Positions 16,108-25,340 of a stretch of DNA of 32,000 nucleotides are shown one piece after another. The DNA lies in assembly GCF_000025665.1 (NCBI RefSeq), contig NC_013926.1:750001-782000 (forward strand), read 5' to 3'. Each line of letters opens with the position of its first letter. The stretch's first letter is position 1. The stretch comes from Aciduliprofundum boonei T469 (GTDB lineage Archaea; Thermoplasmatota; Thermoplasmata; Thermoplasmatales; Aciduliprofundaceae). The position numbers and the translations under genes are program-made. The notes beneath the pieces were generated by a model. That model saw nothing but the letters and a program-made list of their open reading frames with translations, ran no database searches and was not told the DNA's origin.

Positions 16108-16497
16108 ATGGCAACTTTCAAAGTGGTTATAAATGACACTAAAACGGGAAAATCGTATCAGAAGGAGATTACGGGCACTAAGGCCAATTCCCTAATAGGA
16201 AAGAGAATTGGACAAGAGGTTGATGGGGTATTTGTGGATCTCCCTGGATACAAGCTTCTTATAACTGGAGGTACGGATAAGGACGGTTTTCCAATGAGAA
16301 AGAATCTCCAAGGCGCTCGTAGAAAAAAGCTACTTCTCAAGGGAGGCATAGGGTTCCATCCCACAAGGCCAGGAATGAGAAAGAAGAAGATGGTGCGCGG
16401 CAATACCATTTCTGCCGATATCGTGCAGATTAATATGAAAATTGTGCAGTATGGTCCAAAGCCCATAGAGGAGGCCATAAAGGAAGGTGAAGCATGA
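16108..16497 (+). CDS. rps6e: 30S ribosomal protein S6e (eS6)
   Basis: [21 protein letters not shown]...[11 protein letters not shown]...RKKMVRGN is classic archaeal S6e. SD AGGTGA (16096-16101) lies 6 nt before the ATG. Confidence 0.93.
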   Translation: MATFKVVINDTKTGKSYQKEITGTKANSLIGKRIGQEVDGVFVDLPGYKLLITGGTDKDGFPMRKNLQGARRKKLLLKGGIGFHPTRPGMRKKKMVRGNTISADIVQINMKIVQYGPKPIEEAIKEGEA

Positions 16498-17720
16498 GCC
16501 TTCCAAAGCAGCCCGAGGTAAATATCGGAATGGTTGGACATGTGGACCATGGTAAGACCACATTAACTAAGGCCATAACGGGAAAGTGGACAGATACTCA
16601 TAGCGAGGAGATGAGGAGAGGTATAACCATTAAGCTTGGTTATGCAGATGCCGCCTTTTATAAATGCAAGGATGTTGAACCCCCATCTTGCTATGTTTCA
16701 AACCCTTCAAAATGTCCTAACGGCGCAGATTTGTTGCGTGTAGTTTCTTTTGTGGATGCTCCTGGGCACGAAACGCTTATGGCCACTATGTTAAGTGGAG
16801 CTGCAATAATGAATGGAGCGCTTCTTGTAATAGCGGCGAATCAGAAATGTCCACAGCCGCAAACTAAGGAGCATCTTATGGCATTGGATATTGTGGGAGT
16901 TAAAAAAATAATAATTGTCCAGAATAAGATTGATTTGGTGGATGATGATAGGGCAAGGGAGAATTATAGGGAGATTAAAGAATTTGTAAAAGGTACAGTA
17001 GCCGAGGATGCACCTATTATTCCTGTGAGTGCTCATCATGATGCAAATATCGATGTTCTCATTGAGGCCATAGAGCAGCACATTCCAACTCCAAAATTCG
17101 ACCCGAGTAAGCCTCCAAGATTGTATATTGCAAGGAGTTTTGATGTTAACAAGCCGGGTACTAGGCCCAAAGATTTGGTTGGGGGCGTGATAGGGGGCTC
17201 TCTAATACAGGGAAAATTCAAGGTTGGAGATGAAATTGAAATTCTACCCGGGTTTTACATTTTGAAAGGAAACAAGGTTGAATGGGAGCCCATACATACA
17301 GAAATCGTGTCTCTCATGTCCGGTGGTAAATACTGGGATGAGATAAAGCCAGGGGGTCTTGTTGGAATAGGAACAAAGCTTGATCCTGCAATAACAAAGA
17401 ATGATGGTCTGATAGGAAGAATGGCTGGAAAACCCGGAACATTGCCTCCCGTGCTCACAAACATAACTATGGATGTTCATCTTCTCGAGCGCGTGGTTGG
17501 GTCTCGTGAAGAGAGGAAAGTTGAAAAGATAAAAACTAATGAACTTCTTATGCTCAATATAGGCACCCTTGCCACCGTTGGCATTGTTACAAGTGGTAGG
17601 GATGATACTGTTGAGCTTAAATTGAAGTATCCTGCAGTGGCAGAGAAGGGTCAGAGGGTTGCTATTGGAAGAAGAATAGAAAACAGGTGGAGATTGATAG
17701 GGTACGGGATAATAAAATAA
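16494..17720 (+). CDS. eif2g: Translation initiation factor aIF2 gamma subunit
   Basis: The G-domain motifs are [21 protein letters not shown] and QNKIDL. Length is 408 aa. There is an ATGA overlap with rps6e, a gene pairing I recall as common in Euryarchaeota. Confidence 0.95.
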   Translation: MSLPKQPEVNIGMVGHVDHGKTTLTKAITGKWTDTHSEEMRRGITIKLGYADAAFYKCKDVEPPSCYVSNPSKCPNGADLLRVVSFVDAPGHETLMATMLSGAAIMNGALLVIAANQKCPQPQTKEHLMALDIVGVKKIIIVQNKIDLVDDDRARENYREIKEFVKGTVAEDAPIIPVSAHHDANIDVLIEAIEQHIPTPKFDPSKPPRLYIARSFDVNKPGTRPKDLVGGVIGGSLIQGKFKVGDEIEILPGFYILKGNKVEWEPIHTEIVSLMSGGKYWDEIKPGGLVGIGTKLDPAITKNDGLIGRMAGKPGTLPPVLTNITMDVHLLERVVGSREERKVEKIKTNELLMLNIGTLATVGIVTSGRDDTVELKLKYPAVAEKGQRVAIGRRIENRWRLIGYGIIK

Positions 17721-17721
17721 G

Positions 17722-18306
17722 CTAATAATCTAATTTCATCTGGTGATGCTCTTTATTTACAAAACCTTTTAAGTTATAGCCTTCTACAACTAATTCGCTT
17801 AGTATTTGCACATAGGCGCCATTATAGTTCTTGGTTGGTATGTAAGCAGAATTGTTGCGGGGCACATTGAATCCTTGAGCTAGTAAAATTTCTAGAGCTT
17901 TTTTTCTCTCCTCCCCAACTATTTTCTCCCTATACTGCGGAATTCCAACATTGCATTTTTCTAGTTCTCTCATAAATATAGGCCTATTGAAAAGCTTGTA
18001 AAGTGTATATAGAGCTATATCTGGGGCCTCCTCTTCATCTATATCCCTTGCTTTCTTCCCTATAATTTCGTATATTGTCTTCTTTTTATTCTGCTGCACA
18101 CTGTAAACCTTTGCTGGCTTAATGAATCTCTCTTTAAGAATTCCCATATCAGCCATAGCTAGTAAGTATCCTGTTAAAATGAGTCGATGCTTCTTTACTC
18201 CCTTTTTTGCCAGTTCCTTTGATAAATCATTAATGGATCTACCATCCTTGCCCAAGATTTCGATTATCAGGTCCTTCAATGACTTACCCACAATCTCCTT
18301 CTCCAT
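17722..18306 (-). CDS. Hypothetical protein with an N-terminal winged-helix-like domain
   Basis: LKDLIIEILGKDGRSINDLSKELAKKGVKKHRLILTGYLLAMADMGILKE resembles a wHTH. I do not recognise the rest. The ORF has a clean ATG start and host-like composition. Confidence 0.5.
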   Translation of the reverse strand: MEKEIVGKSLKDLIIEILGKDGRSINDLSKELAKKGVKKHRLILTGYLLAMADMGILKERFIKPAKVYSVQQNKKKTIYEIIGKKARDIDEEEAPDIALYTLYKLFNRPIFMRELEKCNVGIPQYREKIVGEERKKALEILLAQGFNVPRNNSAYIPTKNYNGAYVQILSELVVEGYNLKGFVNKEHHQMKLDY

Positions 18307-18414
18307 GAAAATCTAAGGTGTGATTTGCAACACTCTATAAATAGCTTTTGTTTTTTTATTTAATATTTTCATTAAAAACCGACATGCTTTATATTCTGAA
18401 TTCCATTTAACCCT

Positions 18415-18969
18415 GTGAGGGCCTATGTACTTGTAGGAAAATCATCACGCTTGCCTAAAAAGCATCTTATTGAAGTTATTCCAGGAAAAAGATTGATAGA
18501 TTTGGTAGTTGAAAATTTGCAAAGTATTGGGTTTGAAGTAGTTATTTACTCAAAGATCTCCTTAGATGTTAATGTTCCTGTTATTAAGGATAGAACTTCT
18601 TGGATTCTTGAATCGGTGTGCTCATTATTCGATTTTGACAACGAATTTTTGGTATTTGGCGGAGATATGCCTTTAGTGAGGAGAGAGGCTATTATTATGC
18701 TTTTTGAGCAGTGGGACGGAGAGAATGGTATGGTGCCAAGGTGGAGTGATACAGGATATTTGGAGCCATTGCATTCAATTTACACTAAGAGAATGCTTCC
18801 TTGCCTGTGCAGCGCAAAAAGCTTGACTAAGGGGATTGAAAAATGCTCTGCGGTAAAATTTGTGCCCGCTGAAAAAATGCCTAAAGAAACATTTTTCAAT
18901 GTCAATACCAATGAAGATTTGGAAAAATTAAGAAGTATGATTTCTCATCTATTCGCAAAAGATAAATAA
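18415..18969 (+). CDS. mobA: Molybdenum/tungsten cofactor guanylyltransferase (MobA-like)
   Basis: YVLVGKSSRL (a variant of LAGGxSxRM), FGGDMPLV, YLEPLHSIY and FFNVNTNEDLEKL match the MobA motif order. GTG start. A TATA-like CTTTATAT lies about 22 nt upstream. Confidence 0.7.
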   Translation: MRAYVLVGKSSRLPKKHLIEVIPGKRLIDLVVENLQSIGFEVVIYSKISLDVNVPVIKDRTSWILESVCSLFDFDNEFLVFGGDMPLVRREAIIMLFEQWDGENGMVPRWSDTGYLEPLHSIYTKRMLPCLCSAKSLTKGIEKCSAVKFVPAEKMPKETFFNVNTNEDLEKLRSMISHLFAKDK

Positions 18970-18989
18970 TTTCGTTTCCATCTCTTTCT

Positions 18990-19439
18990 ATGGAAGAAAA
19001 AGTGCTTCAGATAATTAATAAGCATAAAAATAAAGATTCAAAGCTTTTGGCAATTCTCCACGACGTGCAGGACGAATTCGGCTACATTCCCGAAGAGGCG
19101 ATAAAAACGATTGCGAAAGAGTTAGGCATGAAGAAGGGCGAAGTTTACGATGCGGCTTCATTTTATTCATTTTTCAGATTCAAACCCGAGGGTAAGCACG
19201 AGGTGATGATTTGCGACTGCATAGTTTGCCACATCAAAGGCTCGGAAAGAATTATTGAAAGAATTGAAAAAGAGTTCGGGGTGAAGATGGGCGAGACCAC
19301 AAAAGATGGAAAATTCACATTCAAAATCGTCGAAGGTCTCGGACATTGTGAGCACTCGCCTGTGATGATGATAGACGGAAAAATTTACGGGGATTTAACA
19401 CCCGATAAGGTGGTGGAAATTTTGAGGGGGTGCCAGTGA
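18990..19439 (+). CDS. NuoE/FdsG-like [2Fe-2S] subunit of NAD-linked formate dehydrogenase
   Basis: Thioredoxin-like 2Fe-2S ferredoxin pattern: CDCIVCHIKG ... GLGHCEHSPVMMIDG. Length is 149 aa. It is located upstream of a NuoF-like gene. Confidence 0.85.
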   Translation: MEEKVLQIINKHKNKDSKLLAILHDVQDEFGYIPEEAIKTIAKELGMKKGEVYDAASFYSFFRFKPEGKHEVMICDCIVCHIKGSERIIERIEKEFGVKMGETTKDGKFTFKIVEGLGHCEHSPVMMIDGKIYGDLTPDKVVEILRGCQ

Positions 19440-20653
19440 TGCTTCTTCTCAAAGACGCGAGCAATGTGGAAGATTACCTCGCGCAAGGTGGTTTCAAGGC
19501 GCTCCGCAAGGCATTGGAATACGGGCAAGATGAAATAATAAGCGAGGTGGAAACCTCTGGGCTTTTGGGGCGCGGAGGAGCAGCTTTCCCTACTGGGCTG
19601 AAGATGAAATTCGTTAGAAAAGAGAGAAAGACTCCGAAGTACATCGTGGCCAATGCGGACGAGGGAGAGCCAGGAACGTTCAAAGATAGAGTGCTCATGG
19701 AAAGAAACCCGTACCAGATATTGGAAGGGATGATAATCTCCGCTTATGCCATAGGTGCCAAGAAGGGATTTTTCTACATTCGCTACGAATATAAGGAGAT
19801 CGCAAAGGACATAGAGAGAAAAATAGAGGAATTGCGAAGACTCGGAATATTGGGCCCGAATATATACGGCTCAAAATTCTCATTCGACATCGAACTCGTT
19901 GTCGGGGCGGGAGCATATGTTTGCGGTGAAGAAACGGCGCTGATGGAGAGCATCGAGGGAAAGAGGGGGTACCCGAGAATAAAGCCGCCATACCCGGCGC
20001 AGTACGGGCTGTGGGGGAAGCCGACGCTAATCAATAATGTGGAGACTCTCGCGAATGTTCCCCTTGTGATGAGCATGGGTGGAGCGAACTACAGCAAATT
20101 GGGAAAGGAGGGCTGCACAGGGCCCAAGCTATTCAGCGTGAGCGGGTTCGTGAAGAATCCGGGGGTTTACGAGGCGAATTTGGGGGAGAAAACTATTGGA
20201 GAGATGATCGAGCTCGCCGGGGGAGTTGTGGGAAAATTCAAAGGAGTTATGCTGGGTGGCGGAGCCGCGGGATTTATACTCACCGAAGAGTACTTAGACA
20301 TGCCTCTTTGCTTTAAAGATGCAAAAGAGCGCGGCTTATTTTTAGGCACAGGAGATATAATCGTTTTCAACGAATCCGTAAATATTTGGGATATCCTGCT
20401 CAACATTGCGAAATTCTTCGAGCACGAGTCCTGCGGGCAGTGCTTCCCCTGCCGGTACGGAACCAAGAGGATGAGGGAAATAATCGAAAAAATTGTTCGC
20501 GGTGATGGAAGAAAAGAGGATATTGAAAAATTGAACGCCACTGCAAAGGCGATGAAAATAGCCTCGTTATGTCCTCTGGGCACGAGCGCGATGCTCGCCT
20601 ACGAATCTGCAATGAAGAATTTCCGCGAGGAGCTCATGGGGGTGATTCAATGA
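19439..20653 (+). CDS. NuoF/FdsB-like NAD(H)- and FMN-binding, [4Fe-4S] subunit
   Basis: GRGGAAFPTGLK, ANADEGEPGTFKDR and ESCGQCFPCRYG (N3-type cluster) are present. ATG 19439 shares one nt with the upstream TGA. An alternative GTG lies at 19430. Confidence 0.9.
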   Translation: MLLLKDASNVEDYLAQGGFKALRKALEYGQDEIISEVETSGLLGRGGAAFPTGLKMKFVRKERKTPKYIVANADEGEPGTFKDRVLMERNPYQILEGMIISAYAIGAKKGFFYIRYEYKEIAKDIERKIEELRRLGILGPNIYGSKFSFDIELVVGAGAYVCGEETALMESIEGKRGYPRIKPPYPAQYGLWGKPTLINNVETLANVPLVMSMGGANYSKLGKEGCTGPKLFSVSGFVKNPGVYEANLGEKTIGEMIELAGGVVGKFKGVMLGGGAAGFILTEEYLDMPLCFKDAKERGLFLGTGDIIVFNESVNIWDILLNIAKFFEHESCGQCFPCRYGTKRMREIIEKIVRGDGRKEDIEKLNATAKAMKIASLCPLGTSAMLAYESAMKNFREELMGVIQ

Positions 20654-23289
20654 TTGTAACGATTAATGGGAAAAGGGTTGAAGTGGAGGAAGGGAAGACA
20701 ATCCTTCAGGTTGCGAGGGAAAACGGCATCGATATTCCCGCGCTTTGCATACTTATGGACGAAAAGCCTATAGGCTCCTGCGGGCTGTGCGTGGTGAGCA
20801 TAAGAAATGGTGGAAGAGAATATCACGCGAGGGCATGCACTACTAAAATTGCTGAGGGAATGGAAATAGAAACGCACACTCCCGAGGTGGAAGACGCGAG
20901 GAGAACGATTTTGGAGATGCTTGCTGAGGAGCACGGCGAGATTGGGGGCGAGGCTAAGGAATTGTTTTCGAAGTATGGAATAGAAATAAAAAGCGATGAA
21001 AAGAGAGAGGCGCCGGATCTCGTGGACAATCCATTTATTTCATTCAATCCCAATGCCTGCGTTTCCTGTTTCCGTTGCGTGCAGGCCTGCTCGCTGGTGA
21101 AGGAGAACCACGTGCTAGTTAGAGAAGGTCGAGGTGCAGAAACGAGAATAGTGGCCGGGATAAACGAAGCTCTCAAGGATGCTGGCTGTGCGTTCTGCGG
21201 TGCGTGCGTGGACGCGTGCCCCACCGGTGCGCTCATGGATTTAACCACAAGGGAGGAAGAAACGAAGAAAATCACCTCGATTTGTCCGTACTGCGGCGTG
21301 GGGTGCGCCATTGATTACTATGTTTCGGGCAATGAAATAATCTACGCGAAGGGCTCGCCCAACGGGGTGAACAAAGGGGACGACTGCATTAAAGGTCGCT
21401 ACGGATGGCAATTTGTGCACAGCGAAGAACGATTGAAGAAACCTCTAATAAAGAGAAATGGAAAGTTTGAGGAAGTCACATGGGATGAGGCTTTGAACTT
21501 TGTTGCCTCTCGCCTGAAAGAAATAAAGGAGAAATACGGCGCTGAGAGCATAGCTGGCTTATCATCTGCGAAATGCACCAACGAGGAAAATTACCTCTTT
21601 CAGAAGTTCATGCGCATCGTGGTGGGCACGAACAACGTTGACCACTGCGCGAGGCTATGTCATGCTTCCACCGTGGTCGGATTATTCAAAGTATTTGGCA
21701 GCGGAGCAATGACCAACAGTCTGGAAGATTTGGAGAACGATGCCGAGCTATATTTCGTGATTGGCTCAAATACTACACATGCGCATCCGGTAATAGGTAC
21801 GATGATTAAAAGATCGGTTAAAGGAAGAGGAGCGAAATTAATAGTTGCGGACCCCCGGGATATCGAGCTTGCGGAGTACTCCGATATTCACATGAGGCAG
21901 CGCCCGGGCACCGATGTTGCTTTGATTAACGGGATGATGAATGTCATAGTCTCTCACGGTCTGGAGGATAGAGAATTTGTAGAGAACAGAACGGAGGGAT
22001 ACGAAAAATTAAAGGAAATCGTTAAGAAATATACGCCGGAGTACGTGGAGAAGCTCACCGGTGTGCCGAAAGAAGATATAATAAAAGCGGCGGTTCTGTA
22101 TGCGACCCATAGATCAGCAATAATTTACGCAATGGGGATAACGCAGCACACATCAGGCACGGGAAATGTCGCCTCTCTCGCGAACCTCGCGCTTCTAACT
22201 GGCAATGTTGGAAAGAGAGGTACTGGGGTGAATCCTCTTCGCGGCCAGAACAACGTGCAGGGCGCTGGGGACATGGGCGCTTTGCCCAACGTACTCCCGG
22301 GGTATGCGAAATTAGGGACGAGAAAAGCGAGGGAAATAGAAAAAATATGGGGTGGAAAAATACCTGAAAAAGATGGGTTAACCGTTGTTGAGATGATGCA
22401 TGCCGCTTCTAAAGGAGTGATAAAGGCAATGTACATAATGGGCGAGAACCCGGCGGTGAGCGATCCAGACCAGAAGCATGTTATTCAGGGGCTAAAGAAT
22501 CTTGAGTTCCTCGTAGTTCAGGATTTATTCATGAGTGAAACCGCACAACTCGCAGATGTAATTCTTCCAGCAGCTTCTTCTCTCGAGAAGGAAGGTACAT
22601 TCACAAACACGGAGCGCAGGGTGCAATTGCTTCATCGCATCGTTGAGCCAGTAGGGAAGGCAAAGCCGGATTGGTGGATAATTCAGGAAATAGCCAAAAG
22701 GATGGGTGCAGATTGGAATTATGAAAATCCGAAGGATATATTCGAAGAAATAAGGAAAGTTGTTCCGCAATATTCCGGCATAACATACGAGAGAATAGAA
22801 AAATTCGGTTTGCAGTGGCCGTGCCCTGATAAAAATCACGAGGGCACAAAGATTCTGCACGAGGATATCTTCCCGACTCCAAACGGATTGGCCAGGTTCT
22901 CTCCTTACGAGTACAAGCCGCCAGCGGAAGAGCCTGACGAGGAGTACCCGTTCGTTCTCACTACAGGGCGCACTTATGAGCACTTCCACACGGGCACGCT
23001 AACGAGAAAAATAGATGGGTTCAATGAGTTAATTCCCGAAGCATTCGTCGAAATACACCCCGAGGATGCGGATAATTTGGGCGTGGAAGATGGAGATTGC
23101 ATCGAAGTGGAATCCAGGAGAGGAAAGATAAAGGTGAAGGCAAAAATAGCGAGGATAAAGAAAGGCGTTGTTTTCATTCCTTTCCATTTCGCGGAGAGCG
23201 CTGCGAATGTCCTTACCATAGATTCCTTAGACCCAGAGGCGAAGATACCGGAACTGAAGGTTGCTGCTGTCCGTTTGAAGAAATGTTAA
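20650..23289 (+). CDS. fdhA: Formate dehydrogenase alpha subunit (Mo/W-bisPGD) with an N-terminal NuoG-like 2Fe-2S/4Fe-4S module, Cys-type
   Basis: MIVTINGKRVEVEEGKTILQVAR...CGLC is the 2Fe-2S part. CVSCFRCVQAC and CAFCGACVDACP are ferredoxin clusters, and CPYCGVGC is the Mo-domain cluster. The active site is VDHCARLCHAS, with the Cys codon TGT at 21658-21660. The ATG at 20650 overlaps the upstream stop (ATGA). Confidence 0.92.
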   Translation: MIVTINGKRVEVEEGKTILQVARENGIDIPALCILMDEKPIGSCGLCVVSIRNGGREYHARACTTKIAEGMEIETHTPEVEDARRTILEMLAEEHGEIGGEAKELFSKYGIEIKSDEKREAPDLVDNPFISFNPNACVSCFRCVQACSLVKENHVLVREGRGAETRIVAGINEALKDAGCAFCGACVDACPTGALMDLTTREEETKKITSICPYCGVGCAIDYYVSGNEIIYAKGSPNGVNKGDDCIKGRYGWQFVHSEERLKKPLIKRNGKFEEVTWDEALNFVASRLKEIKEKYGAESIAGLSSAKCTNEENYLFQKFMRIVVGTNNVDHCARLCHASTVVGLFKVFGSGAMTNSLEDLENDAELYFVIGSNTTHAHPVIGTMIKRSVKGRGAKLIVADPRDIELAEYSDIHMRQRPGTDVALINGMMNVIVSHGLEDREFVENRTEGYEKLKEIVKKYTPEYVEKLTGVPKEDIIKAAVLYATHRSAIIYAMGITQHTSGTGNVASLANLALLTGNVGKRGTGVNPLRGQNNVQGAGDMGALPNVLPGYAKLGTRKAREIEKIWGGKIPEKDGLTVVEMMHAASKGVIKAMYIMGENPAVSDPDQKHVIQGLKNLEFLVVQDLFMSETAQLADVILPAASSLEKEGTFTNTERRVQLLHRIVEPVGKAKPDWWIIQEIAKRMGADWNYENPKDIFEEIRKVVPQYSGITYERIEKFGLQWPCPDKNHEGTKILHEDIFPTPNGLARFSPYEYKPPAEEPDEEYPFVLTTGRTYEHFHTGTLTRKIDGFNELIPEAFVEIHPEDADNLGVEDGDCIEVESRRGKIKVKAKIARIKKGVVFIPFHFAESAANVLTIDSLDPEAKIPELKVAAVRLKKC

Positions 23290-24482
23290 ATCACTATCTT
23301 TCCGTTTACTATTGTATGCTCTACATTCAATCCAGTTAGCGAGTACACAATGTTTGATACTATTGTATTCTTTCTTAAAGGTAATCCATTTGGCGCTGGA
23401 TTTAAAATGACCAAATCCGCAAGTCTCCCCTCTTCTATACTTCCTGCATTCAATTCCAAAGCTTTGGCCGCGTTAATAGTTGCAAAATCAAGAATCTCTT
23501 GCGCATTAGTTATGGATGCATCCCATCTCTCATTCTTGTGCAACAAAGCGGCAAATTTCATAGCTTCAAACATATCAAGGTTGTTATTACTCACCGTGCT
23601 ATCCGTGCCCAAAGTTACCAGAATCCCATTATCTAACATTTCAGGCAGGGGCATTGAGCCCCCGTTTCCAAGTTTCATATTACTTGTTGGATTATGAGAA
23701 GCTTTAACCCCATTTTTTGCCAAAATTTTAATTTCGTGGAGAGTTAGCCAAACAAGATGTGCTGCTATAAGTTTAGAATTTAAGAACTCTATCTTTTCTA
23801 ACCATTCTACAGGTCTCATTCCTGTCCTTTTTCTATGCTCATACACTTCTTTTCTTGTCTCTGAGATATGCATAGTTATAAGCGTGTCATATTTCTCCGC
23901 AATTTCCTTTGCCTTAAGCAGTGTTTCTTCGTTGCAAGTATACACTGCATGAGGCGCAATTAAAGGGGTTATTAATTCCTCGTTTCTAAATTCTTTAATG
24001 AAATTTTCAGCGTTGTTAAGAGGATTTCCCTCCTGAGTGGTTATATCTTCATCAACCACAGCCCATCCCAAAAATGCCCTTATCCCCAATTCTTTTGCTG
24101 CTTTTGCAATGGCATCCTCATCGCTATACATGTCTACAAAAGCTGTGGTTCCGGTGCGAAGCATCTCTTTTATTCCCAATTTTGCACCTTTGTAAATCTC
24201 TTCCCTGCCTCTTTTTGCCTCCTCTTTCCACATTTTCATCAAAAATTCTTCAAGATTTACATCATCAGCCATGCCCCTCATATCCGTCATTCCCACATGG
24301 GTGTGAGTGTTTATCAATCCGGGCATTACTATCTTTCCACTTGCATTTAAAACATACTCTGCTTCCTCATTTACATCTCCAATTTCCACTATTTTACTCT
24401 CCTCAATATAAATATTTCCTTGTAGAATCTCTCTTTTTTCGTTCTGAGTTACAATCCATGCATTTTTTATCAGAATGCTCAT
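23286..24482 (-). CDS. mtaD: Amidohydrolase of the MTA/SAH (or 5'-deoxyadenosine) deaminase family
   Basis: PGLINTHTHVGMT (HxH metal site), HISET and LGTDS are present. Length is 398 aa, typical of the MtaD/DadD/chlorohydrolase subgroup. Confidence 0.8.
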   Translation of the reverse strand: MSILIKNAWIVTQNEKREILQGNIYIEESKIVEIGDVNEEAEYVLNASGKIVMPGLINTHTHVGMTDMRGMADDVNLEEFLMKMWKEEAKRGREEIYKGAKLGIKEMLRTGTTAFVDMYSDEDAIAKAAKELGIRAFLGWAVVDEDITTQEGNPLNNAENFIKEFRNEELITPLIAPHAVYTCNEETLLKAKEIAEKYDTLITMHISETRKEVYEHRKRTGMRPVEWLEKIEFLNSKLIAAHLVWLTLHEIKILAKNGVKASHNPTSNMKLGNGGSMPLPEMLDNGILVTLGTDSTVSNNNLDMFEAMKFAALLHKNERWDASITNAQEILDFATINAAKALELNAGSIEEGRLADLVILNPAPNGLPLRKNTIVSNIVYSLTGLNVEHTIVNGKIVI

Positions 24483-24557
24483 AGCTAAGTAATCGCTCTT
24501 GGATATAAAAATTTAATTAAGCCAAAGATTATATGAGAGAAAGGTATTAGCATTGCA

Positions 24558-25340
24558 GTGACGAGGATAACATTCTTAGGAAGTGGCGGGGGGAGATTCA
24601 CCACAATTTATCAAATTCGAGCCACAGGAGGCGTCTACATAGAGGATGTTCTTAACATACACATAGATCCCGGCCCTGGAGCTTTAGTTCAAATGCACAG
24701 GTTTAAGGTAAATCCAACCAAAACTGATGTAATTGCAATCTCTCATGCGCATACTGACCATTATACAGATGCAGAGGTTCTGGTAGAAGCCATAACAAAT
24801 GGGGGTACAAAGAAAAAGGGATTGCTTGTTGGATCAAAGAGTGTGCTTGAAGGATATGATGAGTTTGATCCCGTTATTTCAAAGTATCACAGAGGCCTAG
24901 TTGATAAAGTTGCAGTTCTCTCTCCCGGAAATGTGGTGCGCTACAAGGGAATTAAGATAAGAGCAACAAAATCCTATCATAATGATCCAACAACGATCGG
25001 GTTCAGAATTGAGACGTCCCAAGGTGTAATTTCTTATTTGGCGGACACGGATTACAATGATTCTTTAATAGGTGCTCATAGAAATGCTAGGGTGTTAATT
25101 CTTCCAGTAACAAGGCCCTTGGGAGCCAAGATACCCTATCATTTGAGTACAAAAGAAGCTGCAAAAATAGTGAAAGGTATTGAGCCAGAAATTGCTATAT
25201 TGACACATTTTGGACTTAAGATGATTGAAGAAAATCCAGAGTTTCAAGCTGACTGGATCTGGAAAGAAACAGGAATAAGGACAATAGCCGCGGATGACGG
25301 GATGGTCGTAGAAATAAATAAGAAAATAGAGATTATTTAG
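24558..25340 (+). CDS. MBL-fold metallo-hydrolase
   Basis: ISHAHTDH (HxHxDH) and a downstream LTHF His are present. Length is 260 aa. GTG start. Confidence 0.75.
   Translation: MTRITFLGSGGGRFTTIYQIRATGGVYIEDVLNIHIDPGPGALVQMHRFKVNPTKTDVIAISHAHTDHYTDAEVLVEAITNGGTKKKGLLVGSKSVLEGYDEFDPVISKYHRGLVDKVAVLSPGNVVRYKGIKIRATKSYHNDPTTIGFRIETSQGVISYLADTDYNDSLIGAHRNARVLILPVTRPLGAKIPYHLSTKEAAKIVKGIEPEIAILTHFGLKMIEENPEFQADWIWKETGIRTIAADDGMVVEINKKIEII

Noticed and set aside
18321-18336. GATTTGCAACACTC in the wHTH/mobA intergenic region resembles the IS IR-L core (GAGTTGCAACCCC), hinting at a MITE or solo IR.
   Set aside because: Only about 10 nt are similar, with no partner repeat or duplication nearby. The region is better explained as a divergent promoter containing TATA-like CTATAAATAG and CTTTATAT.
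20569-20649. The ORF track extends fdhA 27 codons upstream (MSSGHERDARLRICNEEFPRGAHGGDS...).
   Set aside because: The extension lies entirely inside the NuoF-like gene in another frame and has no homology-like features. The ATG at 20650 gives the canonical MIVTINGK 2Fe-2S N-terminus and an ATGA overlap with the upstream stop.
21658-21660. Possible selenocysteine (in-frame TGA) at the formate dehydrogenase active site.
   Set aside because: The codon in VDHCARL-C-HAS is TGT (Cys). There is no in-frame TGA and no need for a SECIS element.
19474-23219. A cluster of long antisense or alternative-frame ORFs within the FDH operon. Examples are 20823-21311 (162 aa), 22525-22989 (154 aa), 20167-20583 (138 aa) and 22125-22436 (103 aa).
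   Set aside because: All overlap strongly supported sense genes. Their sequences are low-complexity (Ser/Pro/Arg-rich), and their abundance is the expected by-product of the locally higher GC content.
24074-24484. A 136-aa ORF antisense to the deaminase gene. There are similar antisense ORFs at 16158-16550, 11800-12165, 23350-23697 and 31514-31861.
   Set aside because: Each lies wholly inside a confidently assigned gene on the other strand and has Pro/Ser/Leu/Phe-rich composition typical of shadow ORFs.
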